Positions 28,257-39,064 are shown, counted from the first letter of the stretch. The stretch is DNA of 64,000 nucleotides from Firmicutes bacterium UBA2598 (GCA_002339345.1 DDKM01000032.1:13259-77258); one strand, 5' to 3'. Notes: generated by a model from the sequence alone, not told the origin. Numbers and translations: made by a program.

Positions 28257-28316
28257 GTCTCCCATGGGAGGATGGATGTGTGCCTGAGGCGGACATAAGG
28301 AAAGGGGGTTGGGTAC

Positions 28317-28754
28317 ATGCCCGGACAGGAGAGGTTTTTCATCGTGAGAGCGGATCTCCTGCCCGAGGTGGTGCAAAAAACTGCCAGGGCCAAGGAAATG
28401 CTGTCCAGAGGTGAGGTTTCCACCATTAATGAAGCCATTCAAATGGTGGGCATCAGTAGAAGTTCATTTTACAAATATAAAGATGGCATTTTTTCGCTGG
28501 AAAAGGCTGTGCGGGGATTGGTAATCAGCCTTGTCCTCCGCCTGGAGCATAGGTCTGGTGTATTGTCAAGGGTACTGCAAACCATTGCCTATGCCCAAGG
28601 TAATGTAGTAACCATTAACCAGGGAGTGCCTATTCATGGTATGGCAGAGGTAGGAATAGAAGTGGACACAAACCAAATGAATACCAGCATGGAGGAAATG
28701 TTGGCCACACTTCGGGAACTGCCAGGTGTCAAAAGTGTTGAGATTGCCCCCTAA
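28317..28754 (+). CDS. ACT domain-containing protein (UPF0735/PheB-like)
   Basis: N-terminal helix-turn-helix-like ...INEAIQMVGISRSSFYKYKD... followed by an ACT fold. This family commonly precedes hom in Firmicutes. Confidence 0.75.
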   Translation: MPGQERFFIVRADLLPEVVQKTARAKEMLSRGEVSTINEAIQMVGISRSSFYKYKDGIFSLEKAVRGLVISLVLRLEHRSGVLSRVLQTIAYAQGNVVTINQGVPIHGMAEVGIEVDTNQMNTSMEEMLATLRELPGVKSVEIAP

Positions 28755-28830
28755 CTCGACCAGTTGGTCGGGCTCAGGCATTTGATCATGGTTTACATCC
28801 AAGGTTAATACGGAAGGTGGGGAAGTAGGA

Positions 28831-30123
28831 GTGCGAAGGATACAGGTTGGAGTTATCGGGTTGGGAACTGTCGGAACAGGTGTAGTAAAACTGTTAATGA
28901 AAAACGGCAGCCACATTTCCCGCATGCTTGGTGTTTCATTGGAACTGGCCATGGTGGCAGAAAAGGACGTCAGCAAACACGCCAAAGTAGACCTGCCCCA
29001 CAGCATGTTTACCACCAATGCCATGGACATCATTAAAAATCCAGACATCAATATTGTTGTGGAGGTGATTGGTGGGGTTGAAACAGCCAAAGAACTGATT
29101 CTGGCAGCGCTCAATACCGGAAAAAGTGTGGTTACTGCCAACAAGGATCTACTGGCAGTCCATGGCCGAGAGTTGTTTGAGACAGCTGCCCAGTGTGGTA
29201 CCGATTTATATTTTGAAGCAAGTGTCGGTGGTGGCATTCCGATTATTAGGCCCTTGAAGGAATGCCTGGCAGGCAACCGCATTGATGAAGTGGTTGGCAT
29301 TGTTAATGGGACAACAAACTATATTCTAACAAAAATGTCCCATGAAGGGGTGGACTTCCGCGAGGTGTTGACCCAAGCCCAAATGTTGGGATATGCCGAA
29401 GCGGATCCTACTTCTGATGTTGAGGGTTATGATGCCGCGCGTAAGATGGCAATCCTAGCATCCATTGCCTTCCAGACCAGGGTAACATTCCAGGATGTTT
29501 ATGTCGAAGGCATTACTAAAATTACCGCCCAGGATATTACCTATGCTAAGGAATTGGGATATACCGTCAAGCTTTTAGGGATCGCCCGGGAATCACGGTC
29601 TGGAATTGAAATCAGGGTTCACCCGGTGATGTTACCACAAACCCATCCCCTTGCTGCAGTAAATGATGTATTTAACGCCATCTTTGTGCGGGGGGATGCG
29701 GTAGGAGAAACTATGTTTTACGGGCGGGGAGCAGGGGAAATGCCCACCGCCAGTGCAATCGTGGGCGACATCATTGCAGTGGCCAGGGACTTAATACACC
29801 ATGACACCGGACGCATACCCTGTACCTGCTTTGAACATAAGCGCATTAAGCCCATTGGTGAGGTGGAAACAAGGTTTTTCCTTCGCCTACTGGTAAAGGA
29901 CCGTCCTGGTGTGCTGGCAAGTATTGCCAGTGTCTTTGGCAACCAGGAGGTTAGTTTGGCTTCGGTGATCCAAAAGCGTTGTATCGATGATATGGCTGAA
30001 ATTGTGCTGGTTACCCATAAGGTATTGGAACAGAATTTCCGTGATGCCTTATGTATCCTTGAAGGACTTTCGGCAGTAGCGGAGGTAAGCAATGTAATCA
30101 GAGTTGAAGGAGGCCCCCAATAA
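28831..30123 (+). CDS. hom: Homoserine dehydrogenase with C-terminal ACT domain
   Basis: VGVIGLGTVGTG, ANK, FEASVGGGIPII, GIVNGTTNYIL and an ACT C-terminus. Confidence 0.93.
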   Translation: MRRIQVGVIGLGTVGTGVVKLLMKNGSHISRMLGVSLELAMVAEKDVSKHAKVDLPHSMFTTNAMDIIKNPDINIVVEVIGGVETAKELILAALNTGKSVVTANKDLLAVHGRELFETAAQCGTDLYFEASVGGGIPIIRPLKECLAGNRIDEVVGIVNGTTNYILTKMSHEGVDFREVLTQAQMLGYAEADPTSDVEGYDAARKMAILASIAFQTRVTFQDVYVEGITKITAQDITYAKELGYTVKLLGIARESRSGIEIRVHPVMLPQTHPLAAVNDVFNAIFVRGDAVGETMFYGRGAGEMPTASAIVGDIIAVARDLIHHDTGRIPCTCFEHKRIKPIGEVETRFFLRLLVKDRPGVLASIASVFGNQEVSLASVIQKRCIDDMAEIVLVTHKVLEQNFRDALCILEGLSAVAEVSNVIRVEGGPQ

Positions 30124-31170
30124 ATGGTTTGGCATGGAATCATTCAGGCATATCGTCACTATCTGCCGGTAAGTGAGCGGACACCGGATGTATCTTTAAA
30201 TGAAGGAAACACACCCCTCGTCTATGCAGTTAATCTTTCCAAAAGTATTGGGGCCAAAGTCTATTTCAAGCTTGAAGGGTTGAATCCAACGGGCTCCTTT
30301 AAAGACCGCGGGATGGTGATGGCTGTGGCCAAGGCTGCCGAGTCCGGGGCAAAGGCCATTATGTGCGCCTCCACCGGAAACACCTCAGCAGCCGCCGCTG
30401 CCTTTGCTGCCAGATGTGGTTTAAAGTGTAGTGTTTTAATTCCCGAGGGCAACATTGCCCTTGGTAAGCTTGCACAGGCATTAATCTATGGAGCGCAGGT
30501 AATTCAGGTTCAGGGCAACTTTGATGATGCCCTCAAAATGGTGCGGACTATAACTGAGTCCCACCCAATTACCCTGGTTAACTCTGTAAATCCTTTTCGA
30601 ATTGAAGGTCAAAAGACAGCAGCCTTTGAGATTTGTGATGTCCTAGGAAAAGCCCCCGATTACCTGGCCATACCGGTGGGTAATGCAGGTAACATTACTG
30701 CCTATTGGAAGGGTTTTCAGGAATACTACCGGAACAACATTGTTCAAGAACTGCCTATAATGATTGGGTTTCAAGCAGCAGGGGCAGCTCCCATTGTGTT
30801 AAACCGAGTAGTGGAAAACCCGGAAACGGTGGCAACGGCAATCCGCATTGGAAATCCTGCTAGCTGGCAATCTGCCGTTCAGGCGGCTGCGGATTCTGGT
30901 GGATTTGTTGATAGTGTAACCGATGAAGAAATCCTCGCTGCCCAACGTCTCCTCGCAAACAGTGAAGGAATATTTGCCGAACCGGCTTCGGCCGCCTCCC
31001 TGGCGGGTGTATGGAAACATGCCCAAAGGGGACTGTTTAGGCCGGAAGACATAGTAGTATGTGTGTTGACCGGCAATGGCCTGAAAGACCCCGATACGGC
31101 AATAAAACAGGTGGCTAAACCAATTACCGTACCGGTTGATGCCGATGCCGTGCTGGCAGCGATACTTTAA
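30124..31170 (+). CDS. thrC: Threonine synthase
   Basis: [17 protein letters not shown] (PLP lysine) and ASTGNTSA motifs. Confidence 0.93.
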   Translation: MVWHGIIQAYRHYLPVSERTPDVSLNEGNTPLVYAVNLSKSIGAKVYFKLEGLNPTGSFKDRGMVMAVAKAAESGAKAIMCASTGNTSAAAAAFAARCGLKCSVLIPEGNIALGKLAQALIYGAQVIQVQGNFDDALKMVRTITESHPITLVNSVNPFRIEGQKTAAFEICDVLGKAPDYLAIPVGNAGNITAYWKGFQEYYRNNIVQELPIMIGFQAAGAAPIVLNRVVENPETVATAIRIGNPASWQSAVQAAADSGGFVDSVTDEEILAAQRLLANSEGIFAEPASAASLAGVWKHAQRGLFRPEDIVVCVLTGNGLKDPDTAIKQVAKPITVPVDADAVLAAIL

Positions 31171-31179
31171 GCAAGGTGA

Positions 31180-32088
31180 ATGCCAATGGTAAAGGTAAAA
31201 GTACCCGCGACATCCGCCAATCTGGGGCCGGGCTTTGATACTTTGGGTATGGCCCTTGATTTGCACAACATCATTGAAATGTGTGAGATTCCTGGTGGAT
31301 TGCACATTTCGGTATCCGGCGCCGGTAAGGAGGCCATACCCATAGGACCGACCAATGTGGTATACCAGGCCGCCATGCTGGTTTTTCAGCAATCAGGCTA
31401 CCAGCCAAAGGGGTTAGCCATTAGGATCCATAATCACATACCGATAGCCCGTGGTCTTGGCAGTAGTGCAGCAGCTATCGTCGGTGGTCTGGTGGCAGCC
31501 AACGAGCTTGCCGGTCGGAAATTGCCGCCGGATGTACTGGTTGAACTGGGCACCGGTTTGGAGGGACATCCGGATAATGTGGGTCCGGCATTGCTCGGCG
31601 GAGTCGTGATAGCCGCTAAGCTTGGGAGTGGGATCTGTTATCGCAAGTTGGAACCTCCCAAAGACCTACAGATGGTTTTGGCTGTCCCAAAATTTGGTCT
31701 TCCTACAAAGGTAGCCCGCGAGGCATTGCCAAAAAGCGTTTCCTTTGCCGATGCAGTGTATAACTTAGGTCGATCCAGTTTACTGGTCTTGGCGTTTGCC
31801 AGTCACGATCTGGACCTCTTGGGGCAGGTGATGGAAGACAGGTTGCATCAGCCTTACCGTTCATCCCTTGTACCAGGTATGGAAAATGTATTTATGGCAG
31901 CCAAAGGAGCGGGAGCACTGGGGGTGGCCCTTAGTGGGGCCGGGCCCACCTTGGTGGCCTTCTGTCGGGGAGATCAGCAACTCGCCGTGGTTGGAGAAGC
32001 AATGTGGCAAGCCTTTGCCTCTTGCGATGTGGAGGCTGAGGTTAAGTTTGTCAAACCTTGTGCATCTGGGGCGGAAGTAATCGGATAA
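31180..32088 (+). CDS. thrB: Homoserine kinase
   Basis: [13 protein letters not shown] and [11 protein letters not shown] (the GHMP kinase motif). Confidence 0.93.
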   Translation: MPMVKVKVPATSANLGPGFDTLGMALDLHNIIEMCEIPGGLHISVSGAGKEAIPIGPTNVVYQAAMLVFQQSGYQPKGLAIRIHNHIPIARGLGSSAAAIVGGLVAANELAGRKLPPDVLVELGTGLEGHPDNVGPALLGGVVIAAKLGSGICYRKLEPPKDLQMVLAVPKFGLPTKVAREALPKSVSFADAVYNLGRSSLLVLAFASHDLDLLGQVMEDRLHQPYRSSLVPGMENVFMAAKGAGALGVALSGAGPTLVAFCRGDQQLAVVGEAMWQAFASCDVEAEVKFVKPCASGAEVIG

Positions 32089-32105
32089 ACTGGGGGGATG
32101 GCAAA

Positions 32106-33347
32106 GTGGCAATAGTCGTGCAAAAATACGGGGGTAGTTCTGTGGCCAATGCTGAACGCATCCAGCGGGTGGCTGGCCGTGTGGTGGAGTGTGCAAGGAA
32201 GGGGAAACATGTGGTAGTGGTTGTTTCCGCACGGGGTGACACCACCGATGACTTGATCAGTCTGGCCCGGGAAATTACGAACGAACCGCCTAAACGGGAA
32301 ATGGATATGCTTTTGGCGACAGGGGAACAGATATCCATTGCGCTATTGGCTATGGCCATCGACAAGCTTGGCCACCCCGTAATTTCCTTGACTGGGCCGC
32401 AAGCAGGCATTTCCACTGACGCGGTGCACACCAAGGCACGTATTCAGGATATTAATACAAGACGCATCAGGGATGAATTGGCCGGTGGTAAAATTGTCAT
32501 TGTGGCGGGATTTCAAGGAGCTACCACCGAGGGCGAAATAACCACCCTCGGACGAGGCGGTTCGGACACCACAGCAGTGGCCCTTGCGGCGGCATTGGAT
32601 GCTGAGGTATGCGAAATTTATACTGATGTTGATGGTGTATATACAACAGATCCTAGGATCGAGCCACAGGCTTGCAAGTTGGATAGTATTTCTTATGATG
32701 AAATGCTGGAGTTGGCCAGTTTAGGTGCCCAGGTATTACACCCAAGATCGGTGGAATATGGTAAACAATACGGTGTGCCAATCCACGTACGTTCCAGTTT
32801 CAACCACAACAGGGGTACAATGGTGCAGGAGGTGGATAAAATGGAGAAGGTAATGATGGTTTCCGGCATAGCCTATGATTTAAATGTGGCAAAAATTGCC
32901 CTGTATGATGTACCGGATAAACCCGGCATTGCTTTTCAACTATTTGAACAACTGGCTAAGGAAAGCATCAATGTGGATATGATCATTCAAAGCTCCATGC
33001 GGGATGAGCGCAATGATATTTCCTTTACCGTTGGCAAAGATGACTTGAACCGGGCCGTGGCGGTAGTACAAAAGGTAAGGGAAGAGATCGGTGGAACTGG
33101 CATTTCCTATGATGAAAAGGTGGCCAAAGTCAGTATCGTTGGTGCTGGTATGGTTAGCAACCCGGGTGTGGCAGCAAGCATGTTTGGGGCATTGGCCCAG
33201 GAAGGTATCAATATTCAAATGATCAGTACTTCAGAAATTAAGGTCTCCTGTATTATCAGTTCTAGCCAAGTACAACAGGCGGTACGAGCTTTGCACAAAA
33301 CATTTGACCTGGCAGCAGTACCAAATGTTCAGCAAAGAATAGGTTAA
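32106..33347 (+). CDS. Aspartate kinase (monofunctional, two C-terminal ACT domains)
   Basis: [21 protein letters not shown] and tandem ACT domains. The start was refined to GTG 32106. The ORF-track start at 32058 overlaps thrB. Confidence 0.9.
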   Translation: MAIVVQKYGGSSVANAERIQRVAGRVVECARKGKHVVVVVSARGDTTDDLISLAREITNEPPKREMDMLLATGEQISIALLAMAIDKLGHPVISLTGPQAGISTDAVHTKARIQDINTRRIRDELAGGKIVIVAGFQGATTEGEITTLGRGGSDTTAVALAAALDAEVCEIYTDVDGVYTTDPRIEPQACKLDSISYDEMLELASLGAQVLHPRSVEYGKQYGVPIHVRSSFNHNRGTMVQEVDKMEKVMMVSGIAYDLNVAKIALYDVPDKPGIAFQLFEQLAKESINVDMIIQSSMRDERNDISFTVGKDDLNRAVAVVQKVREEIGGTGISYDEKVAKVSIVGAGMVSNPGVAASMFGALAQEGINIQMISTSEIKVSCIISSSQVQQAVRALHKTFDLAAVPNVQQRIG

Positions 33348-33362
33348 ATTGTTTTAATCTCC

Positions 33363-33391
33363 TTGACATGGTGCAGGCAGTGAGGTAAAAT
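33363..33391 (+). promoter_or_regulatory. SigA-type promoter of tRNA-Pro
   Basis: TTGACA (33363-33368), 17-nt spacer, TAAAAT (33386-33391), 9 nt before the tRNA 5' end. Confidence 0.6.
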
Positions 33392-33400
33392 ATTTTTTGT

Positions 33401-33478
33401 CGGGGCGTAGCTCAGTTTGGCTAGAGCGCTACCTTGGGGTGGTAGAGGCCGCTGGTTCAAGTCCAGTCGCTCCGACCA
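33401..33478 (+). tRNA. tRNA-Pro (anticodon GGG), CCA encoded
   Basis: The cloverleaf was read by eye. Acceptor CGGGGCG/CGCUCCG; anticodon stem CUACC/GGUAG with loop UUGGGGU; T-arm GCUGG-UUCAAGU-CCAGU; discriminator A followed by CCA. Confidence 0.9.
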
Positions 33479-33503
33479 TCCAAATGAAGGTTAATAGTCA
33501 TGA

Positions 33504-33546
33504 AAAGCCTTTTGGGTCTGAAAAAGACCGGAAGGCTTTTTTGTTT
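33504..33546 (+). terminator. Rho-independent terminator after tRNA-Pro
   Basis: AAAGCCUUUUGGGUC ... GACCGGAAGGCUUU hairpin followed by UUUUGUUU. Confidence 0.7.
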
Positions 33547-33609
33547 ATTATTCAGCATGATTTTTTTTTGCTGGGGAGGGGGATATTTATACCAGAGGGG
33601 GTGACAACT

Positions 33610-34773
33610 TTGACGATCAAGGTTCTGCACGTACTCAGGCCTGCAGAGGGAGGAATGCTGGATCATGTTCGCCAGCTACTACTTTACGGCGATCGGAACA
33701 CTTATAATTTTATGGTGGCCTGCCCTCAGATACCACAAATGAGCCAAAGCTTGGGCTTGCCTTGGGCCAGGGTGTTATCCGTAGAAATTACAAGCAGGCC
33801 TAACCCTATCATGGACTGGCGGGCCATCAATGTACTATCACAGTTGCTTATTAGTGAAAAGGTGCATGTGGTGCACACCCATGGTGTAAAGGCAGGTATA
33901 TTAGGTCGGATTGCCGCTGTCAAAAGCCGTGTGCCTGTGGTTCTGGCTACCGCTCATAATATGGTTTATGACTATCTGTATCCCCCCCTCGGCCGTCTAG
34001 CTGCCTCAGTTGGCCAACGGTGGCTTAATCTTTATACAGATCACCACATTGTAGTCTCATCTGCTGTTGGTGTACAGTTGATCAAATGTGAGGGAATTGA
34101 TCCCCATAGGGTAACAGTTATTCCTAACGGGATCGACCTAACCAGGTTTCAGGGGCTGGTGGAGTGTACTCAAAAGCGAAGGGAAATTGGTCTTGAACCT
34201 GGTAGCATTGTAATTGGTACAATTGCAAGACTGATCCGCGCAAAGGGTATTGATTTCTTTCTCAGGGCGGCGAGGCTAATACGAGACCAAATCCCTGCCA
34301 CTCAGTTTTTGGTGGTTGGCGATGGACCGGAGCGAGCCACCCTGGAAAGGCTGGTACACCAATTAGGTCTGAGGGAATGGGTTGTCTTTACCGGTTACCG
34401 GCATGATGTGCCAGCACTCCTGCCGGTCATCAACATCGTGGTGATTCCAAGCCTTAGCGAAGCCTTCTCTATCACTGCTCTGGAAGCCATGGCGGCCCGC
34501 AGACCTGTAGTGGCCTTTGCCGTTGGAGGTTTGCGGGAATTAATTCAGCCAGATGTATCGGGGATTTTAGTCCATCCCGGCGACTACAGGCAGTTGGCTA
34601 CTGCTGTAGTTCAATTGATTCGTAACCCCAATAAAGCTGAGCAGATGGGGAGGCAAGCCAGATTATTGGTGGAGGATAAGTACAATGTGCATAAAATGGT
34701 GGAAAAAACCCAGTCTTTATATCTACGGCTACTGCAACAGAAACGCCATTGCCATGGATTTGACTTGGTTTAA
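33610..34773 (+). CDS. Glycosyltransferase family 4 (GT-B, group 1)
   Basis: IKVLHVL..AEGGM N-terminus, and the C-terminal EAFSITALEAMAARRPVVA (E-X7-E-type GT4 motif). The start is set to TTG 33610, 9 nt after GAGGGGG. The ORF-track N-terminal extension runs through tRNA-Pro and its terminator, so it is not coding. Confidence 0.8.
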   Translation: MTIKVLHVLRPAEGGMLDHVRQLLLYGDRNTYNFMVACPQIPQMSQSLGLPWARVLSVEITSRPNPIMDWRAINVLSQLLISEKVHVVHTHGVKAGILGRIAAVKSRVPVVLATAHNMVYDYLYPPLGRLAASVGQRWLNLYTDHHIVVSSAVGVQLIKCEGIDPHRVTVIPNGIDLTRFQGLVECTQKRREIGLEPGSIVIGTIARLIRAKGIDFFLRAARLIRDQIPATQFLVVGDGPERATLERLVHQLGLREWVVFTGYRHDVPALLPVINIVVIPSLSEAFSITALEAMAARRPVVAFAVGGLRELIQPDVSGILVHPGDYRQLATAVVQLIRNPNKAEQMGRQARLLVEDKYNVHKMVEKTQSLYLRLLQQKRHCHGFDLV

Positions 34774-36949
34774 GTTATCCATGATGGTTATCCTGATCCT
34801 TTTTTTAATACAAGCACAGCCAGTGTTTGCTGCCACCCCGGAACCAGCGGGAAGATTTATTGTTCTAGTCATAGATCGGACAACTTTGGGAGAGTGGTTT
34901 GGTGGTTATATGGAGAACCTGTCAGGCTTAGCTAAGCGAGGTAGTGTGGGATTAATGAACATCAACTCCTTGGGCCAACGGGGGCCTTGCAGCGGATTTG
35001 CCACCCTTGGAGCGGGGAGGTATTCAGTGGGTATAGTAGAAGGCGGACAAGCTTTTAATGCATGGGAAGAAGTTTTGGGGGAAAGGGCAGGGCAGATTTA
35101 TCGGCGCAAAACCAGCCTTGCTGTCCCATTAAACGGTGTTGTCCACTTAGGGATAGGTAAAATCATAAACGCCAACAAAAATAATGATCATCGTTTTATA
35201 CCAGGATTACTGGGTGAGACCATGAAAACCCATGGTCCAAATGCAGTAGCCATCTTTGGTAATGGTGATCTACCGGGGCAAAAGGATCGGCATGTGTCCT
35301 TAATGGCTATGGATGCTACTGGATTTATCCCACAGGGTGTGGTGGATGACACTATACTGGAACCATATGGGGGGGCATTATGGTGGCGAACGGATTATAA
35401 CAAAATAATAAAGGATCTGATTCCCCGGCTGCCTGTGGAAACGAGATTGATTATTGTTGATGTTGGTGATCTAACGCGGCTGGATAAAATGGCTAATGAA
35501 CTGTTGCCTGAATTGGAGCGAAAGACTCGGATGGAAGCCTTTGCAAGGATTGACCATTTTATTGGGGAACTGTTGCAAACCTTCGATCCAGCCGAAACAT
35601 ATTTCATGATTCTTTCCTCAACACCTCCGGGGCATAGCCTTTGGCAAAAAGACTACTTGGGCCCGGTTCTTTTTGCTGGACCAGGCATTGAAGCTGGCGT
35701 ATTGACCAGTGGCACAACTAGGCGGCCAGGCATCATCAGCAATTTGGATATTGCACCAACCATTCTTTCATACCTTGGTACCGATGTGCCTATCACGATG
35801 GCTGGCCAGGTCATCAAGGCAGTTCCTCCGCCAACAGGGGAGTCCGGCGTAATCTATCTGCAGCAGGTGCAGAAAAGACTTAGGTTTATCCATTTCTCAC
35901 GGCCAACGCTGTTAAGGGTTTATATTCTGGCACAGATTATTGTTGTTGCACTGGCAGCAATCTTCATCTTGATCCCCTACCCGGCAACTCGCCTTTTCCG
36001 GCTTATTTTACTTATCCTGGCCAGCGGTCCTTTAAGTATGCTTTTAGCCGGCGCATTACAGGTGGGTAATTTGATATCCTACGGTATTGCGTTACTTGGT
36101 TTAAGTATTGCCTTGGCCCTGGCAGTTTGGCGGATTGCTGGCTATAAAGCATTCGGAGTAGTCAGCGGGGTCACCTGTTTGGCCATATTATTTGATGGAT
36201 TTACCGGTTCAGGGTTGATGCAATATTCTATACTGGGATATGACCCAATTGCAGGGGCCCGTTACTACGGTGTGGGTAACGAATACATGGGGGTGTTATT
36301 GGGCTCAACCATTATGGGATCATCTGCGCTACTCCAAAGTTATGCTTCATGGCCCGGAGCTTGGTACATCGTCATTGCCACAATGGGTATGGTGGTCATC
36401 CTTCTGGCCTTACCGATCCTTGGGAGCAATTTCGGGGGAACCATTGCTGCCGTAATTGGATTTGGATGTACATTGGCTTTTCTGCGTTACGGATCTCTGC
36501 GTTTGCGCCACCTGTTTTTATTGCTGACCATTCTGGTAATAATCATCGGGGGCATCATCGTTTTTGATATGCAAAGATCCCCAGAGGCCCGATCCCACTT
36601 GGGGCGAATTACAGCTAGTGTTGTTACAGATAGGTCTATAGTAAGCCTGGGAGCGATTGTTACACGGAAAATGGCCATGAACTACAAGTTGATCAAATAT
36701 ACCATTTGGAGCAGGGTGTTCTTGGCCATGTTGGCCGTCATGGCAATTATGATGGTGCGACCAGTAGGGGTGGTCCATAATCTGCGCAATAAATATCATT
36801 ATCTTTTTCGCGGGGTTTATGGACTGCTGTCAGCTAGTTTCATTGCGCTAGTGGCCAATGATTCCGGAATCGTGGCAGCGGCAACCATGATGATTTATGG
36901 AGCCGTCCCGGTTATTGACTTGGTGTTACAAGAGAAGGAAAATGGATAA
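34754..36949 (+). CDS. Large membrane protein: N-terminal extracytoplasmic alkaline-phosphatase-superfamily-like domain plus C-terminal polytopic (about 10-12 TM) domain
   Basis: Signal/TM segment (MMVILILFLIQAQPVFA), then FIVLVIDRTTL..., ...GTTRRPGIISNLDIAPTILSYLG (a sulfatase/phosphodiesterase-like C-terminal motif), then long hydrophobic helices from about aa 395 to the end. The start at ATG 34754 overlaps the GT4 stop. Confidence 0.6.
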   Translation: MDLTWFKLSMMVILILFLIQAQPVFAATPEPAGRFIVLVIDRTTLGEWFGGYMENLSGLAKRGSVGLMNINSLGQRGPCSGFATLGAGRYSVGIVEGGQAFNAWEEVLGERAGQIYRRKTSLAVPLNGVVHLGIGKIINANKNNDHRFIPGLLGETMKTHGPNAVAIFGNGDLPGQKDRHVSLMAMDATGFIPQGVVDDTILEPYGGALWWRTDYNKIIKDLIPRLPVETRLIIVDVGDLTRLDKMANELLPELERKTRMEAFARIDHFIGELLQTFDPAETYFMILSSTPPGHSLWQKDYLGPVLFAGPGIEAGVLTSGTTRRPGIISNLDIAPTILSYLGTDVPITMAGQVIKAVPPPTGESGVIYLQQVQKRLRFIHFSRPTLLRVYILAQIIVVALAAIFILIPYPATRLFRLILLILASGPLSMLLAGALQVGNLISYGIALLGLSIALALAVWRIAGYKAFGVVSGVTCLAILFDGFTGSGLMQYSILGYDPIAGARYYGVGNEYMGVLLGSTIMGSSALLQSYASWPGAWYIVIATMGMVVILLALPILGSNFGGTIAAVIGFGCTLAFLRYGSLRLRHLFLLLTILVIIIGGIIVFDMQRSPEARSHLGRITASVVTDRSIVSLGAIVTRKMAMNYKLIKYTIWSRVFLAMLAVMAIMMVRPVGVVHNLRNKYHYLFRGVYGLLSASFIALVANDSGIVAAATMMIYGAVPVIDLVLQEKENG

Positions 36950-36971
36950 TAATGGCATATGGTGATTTTTG

Positions 36972-37000
36972 TTGACAAAGGTTAGGGGGGTGCTTAAAAT
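36972..37000 (+). promoter_or_regulatory. SigA-type promoter of speH
   Basis: TTGACA (36972-36977), 17-nt spacer, TAAAAT (36995-37000). Confidence 0.55.
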
Positions 37001-37046
37001 GGAATTTGATTGGAATGGACTTTGAAAGTAAAAGGAGGAATGATAG

Positions 37047-37424
37047 TTGCAAGCATTGGGGCGCCATGTATTGGCAGAAGTTTTTGGTTGTGAGTTTGAC
37101 ATTCTGAATGACCTGAAGCGTGTGGAACAAATCATGGTCAATGCCGCTCTAGAAGCTGGTGCTGAGGTTAGAGAATTTGTGTTTCACAAATTCAGCCCGC
37201 AGGGAGTTAGCGGAGTAGTGGTGATTTCCGAGTCCCATCTTGCCATCCATACTTGGCCTGAACTGGGGTACGCCGCTGTAGATGTCTTTACATGTGGTGA
37301 CAAGGTTAATCCATGGGATGCTTGTCGCTATCTAACAAAGCACTTTCGGGCCAAAAAAGTAGATGCAACGGAAATTCAGCGCGGGACAATGGGACCTCCT
37401 CACCGGATTGCGGCAAATTTATAG
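37047..37424 (+). CDS. speH: S-adenosylmethionine decarboxylase proenzyme (class 1, pyruvoyl)
   Basis: GRHVLAE..GC, the VVISESHLAIHTWPE self-cleavage site (ES|H) and DVFTCG. TTG start behind AAGGAGG. Confidence 0.9.
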   Translation: MQALGRHVLAEVFGCEFDILNDLKRVEQIMVNAALEAGAEVREFVFHKFSPQGVSGVVVISESHLAIHTWPELGYAAVDVFTCGDKVNPWDACRYLTKHFRAKKVDATEIQRGTMGPPHRIAANL

Positions 37425-37463
37425 GAGGGATATTTATTTTATCCAACTTAATTAGGACCCGCT

Positions 37464-37512
37464 AGCACAGGCCTGGTATCAAAAAAAGATACTACGGCCT
37501 GTGTAGTTTTTT
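37464..37512 (+). terminator. Rho-independent terminator after speH
   Basis: CACAGGCC ... GGCCUGUG stem (37466-37503) followed by UUUUUU. Confidence 0.75.
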
Positions 37513-37601
37513 GCGGAATTGCAGGAATCAATGCTACCGGCGAGAATAGTTATCCGGTAAAGGTTTTTTATCCATGCCACCTCAACAAAGGAGGCCTTTT
37601 C

Positions 37602-38342
37602 ATGGATCAGATCCTGTTGCCTATCCTGCGGGAGTTGGAGGCAACAAATCACCTTGTGGAAAAGGAAATGTGGCTCAAGGCTGGGCACATCAGCCAGTTT
37701 ATATCATTGGAGTTTGAGGCGCCGGAAAAATACTTTTATCCCGCCCAGCTTATCCTAGCTGCCAAAACATTTGGCTGTGAGAAGGACCAGGTTCATGCCC
37801 TAGCAGCGGTGGTGCAATTTATTAATATCGCTACAAGGGTAAGCAGTTATAATGAACCACCAGCCTTTCCAGTATTGGTTGGAGATTATCTTTATACAAA
37901 GTTTTTTTCCTTTCTTTGCCGGTATGGCGGGTTGGAATGGCTGGCCCCCCTTTCCCATGCCATTTGCATGATTCACGAGGCTGGTGTGATCAGGCAGCAA
38001 TGGAGGACCCAGGGAACAGGCAGCGAAAAGGACCAGCTGGCCATATTAGAAAAGGAAACTGCATTGTTGGCAGGTGAAGCGGCGGCTATAGGCTCCTGGT
38101 TAGCTGGCCAAAATGGGGCCACCACGGAAATGGTGCGAAAAGCCGGGTTTAATCTTGGAATGGGATGGGCTGTTGGGAAAGAACCCTCACTGGCCCATTT
38201 GGTGCCTTGTTACCTGTCCAATGCCAAGGAGGTTCTGACCCATTTGCCTCAGAATGCCTTTTCCCAAGCCTGGTTGGATATGTTAATTTGGCTGGGCAGG
38301 ATTACGGAATCATCAGGTCAACTGCGGGGTGCTTTGGCATGA
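37602..38342 (+). CDS. Polyprenyl-synthase-like protein lacking DDxxD motifs (heptaprenyl diphosphate synthase component I, HepS-like)
   Basis: 246 aa. It sits immediately upstream of ubiE/menG, as in the Bacillus hepS-menH-hepT arrangement. The sequence is helical and prenyl-synthase-like, and I see no DDxxD motif. The assignment rests on context and size. Confidence 0.5.
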   Translation: MDQILLPILRELEATNHLVEKEMWLKAGHISQFISLEFEAPEKYFYPAQLILAAKTFGCEKDQVHALAAVVQFINIATRVSSYNEPPAFPVLVGDYLYTKFFSFLCRYGGLEWLAPLSHAICMIHEAGVIRQQWRTQGTGSEKDQLAILEKETALLAGEAAAIGSWLAGQNGATTEMVRKAGFNLGMGWAVGKEPSLAHLVPCYLSNAKEVLTHLPQNAFSQAWLDMLIWLGRITESSGQLRGALA

Positions 38343-39064
38343 GCGTGCCACATGGATATTCCAAGGAGGAGTTTGTTCATTCCGTCTTTACCAAAATTGC
38401 ATACCGTTATGACCTTATGAACACAGTATTAAGCTTTAACCGCGATAAGTACTGGCGTTCCTTCGCCGTAGCCCGGGCAGAGTTACAGCCGGGTGACCAC
38501 GCATTGGATGTTTGTTGCGGGACAGGCATGCTAGCCCTAGCCCAGGCTCAGGCCGTTGGACCAACTGGCAGAGTGACTGGGCTGGATTTCTGTGATGAAA
38601 TGCTAAAGATGGCGCAAAAAAACATTGCTTCATCATCCCTTGGGGAGATTATCCATCTCGTGCAGGGAAATGCCATGGCCCTGCCGTGGGCAGATAATGT
38701 TTTTAATTGTGCCACCATCGGGTTTGCTTTACGTAATGTACCTGACATTCGGAGGACACTGGCGGAGATGACCAGGGTAGTCAAACCGGGTGGTAAGGTT
38801 GTTTCACTGGAGCTGGCCAAGCCTTCCACACCCGTGTTCAAACAAATTTATTACCTTTACTTTGAGTTGTTGGTACCCTTGCTGGGGAGGTTGGGGGTAG
38901 GGCAAAGCGGACCTTACAACTGGTTACCAGCGTCATTAAGAACTTTTCCCCATCAAAAGGAAATTTGCGGTATTTTTGCCGAGATCGGCCTCCATGATGT
39001 ACAGTGTTACGAGTTATCTGGTGGGATAGTTGCAGTTCATGTTGGGACAAAACCACTGAAATAA
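38339..39064 (+). CDS. ubiE: Demethylmenaquinone methyltransferase (UbiE/MenG family)
   Basis: VFTKIAYRYDLMN..LSF...WR, LDVCCGTG SAM motif, and FALRNV. The start was refined to ATG 38339 (ATGA overlap with the upstream stop). Confidence 0.9.
   Translation: MSVPHGYSKEEFVHSVFTKIAYRYDLMNTVLSFNRDKYWRSFAVARAELQPGDHALDVCCGTGMLALAQAQAVGPTGRVTGLDFCDEMLKMAQKNIASSSLGEIIHLVQGNAMALPWADNVFNCATIGFALRNVPDIRRTLAEMTRVVKPGGKVVSLELAKPSTPVFKQIYYLYFELLVPLLGRLGVGQSGPYNWLPASLRTFPHQKEICGIFAEIGLHDVQCYELSGGIVAVHVGTKPLK

Noticed and set aside
33397-33609. The ORF-track 458-aa version of the glycosyltransferase, starting at 33397.
   Set aside because: Its first ~70 codons run straight through tRNA-Pro (33401-33478), the tRNA terminator and a U-rich spacer. 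The real start is at the SD-preceded TTG 33610, with GTG 33601 as a possible alternative.
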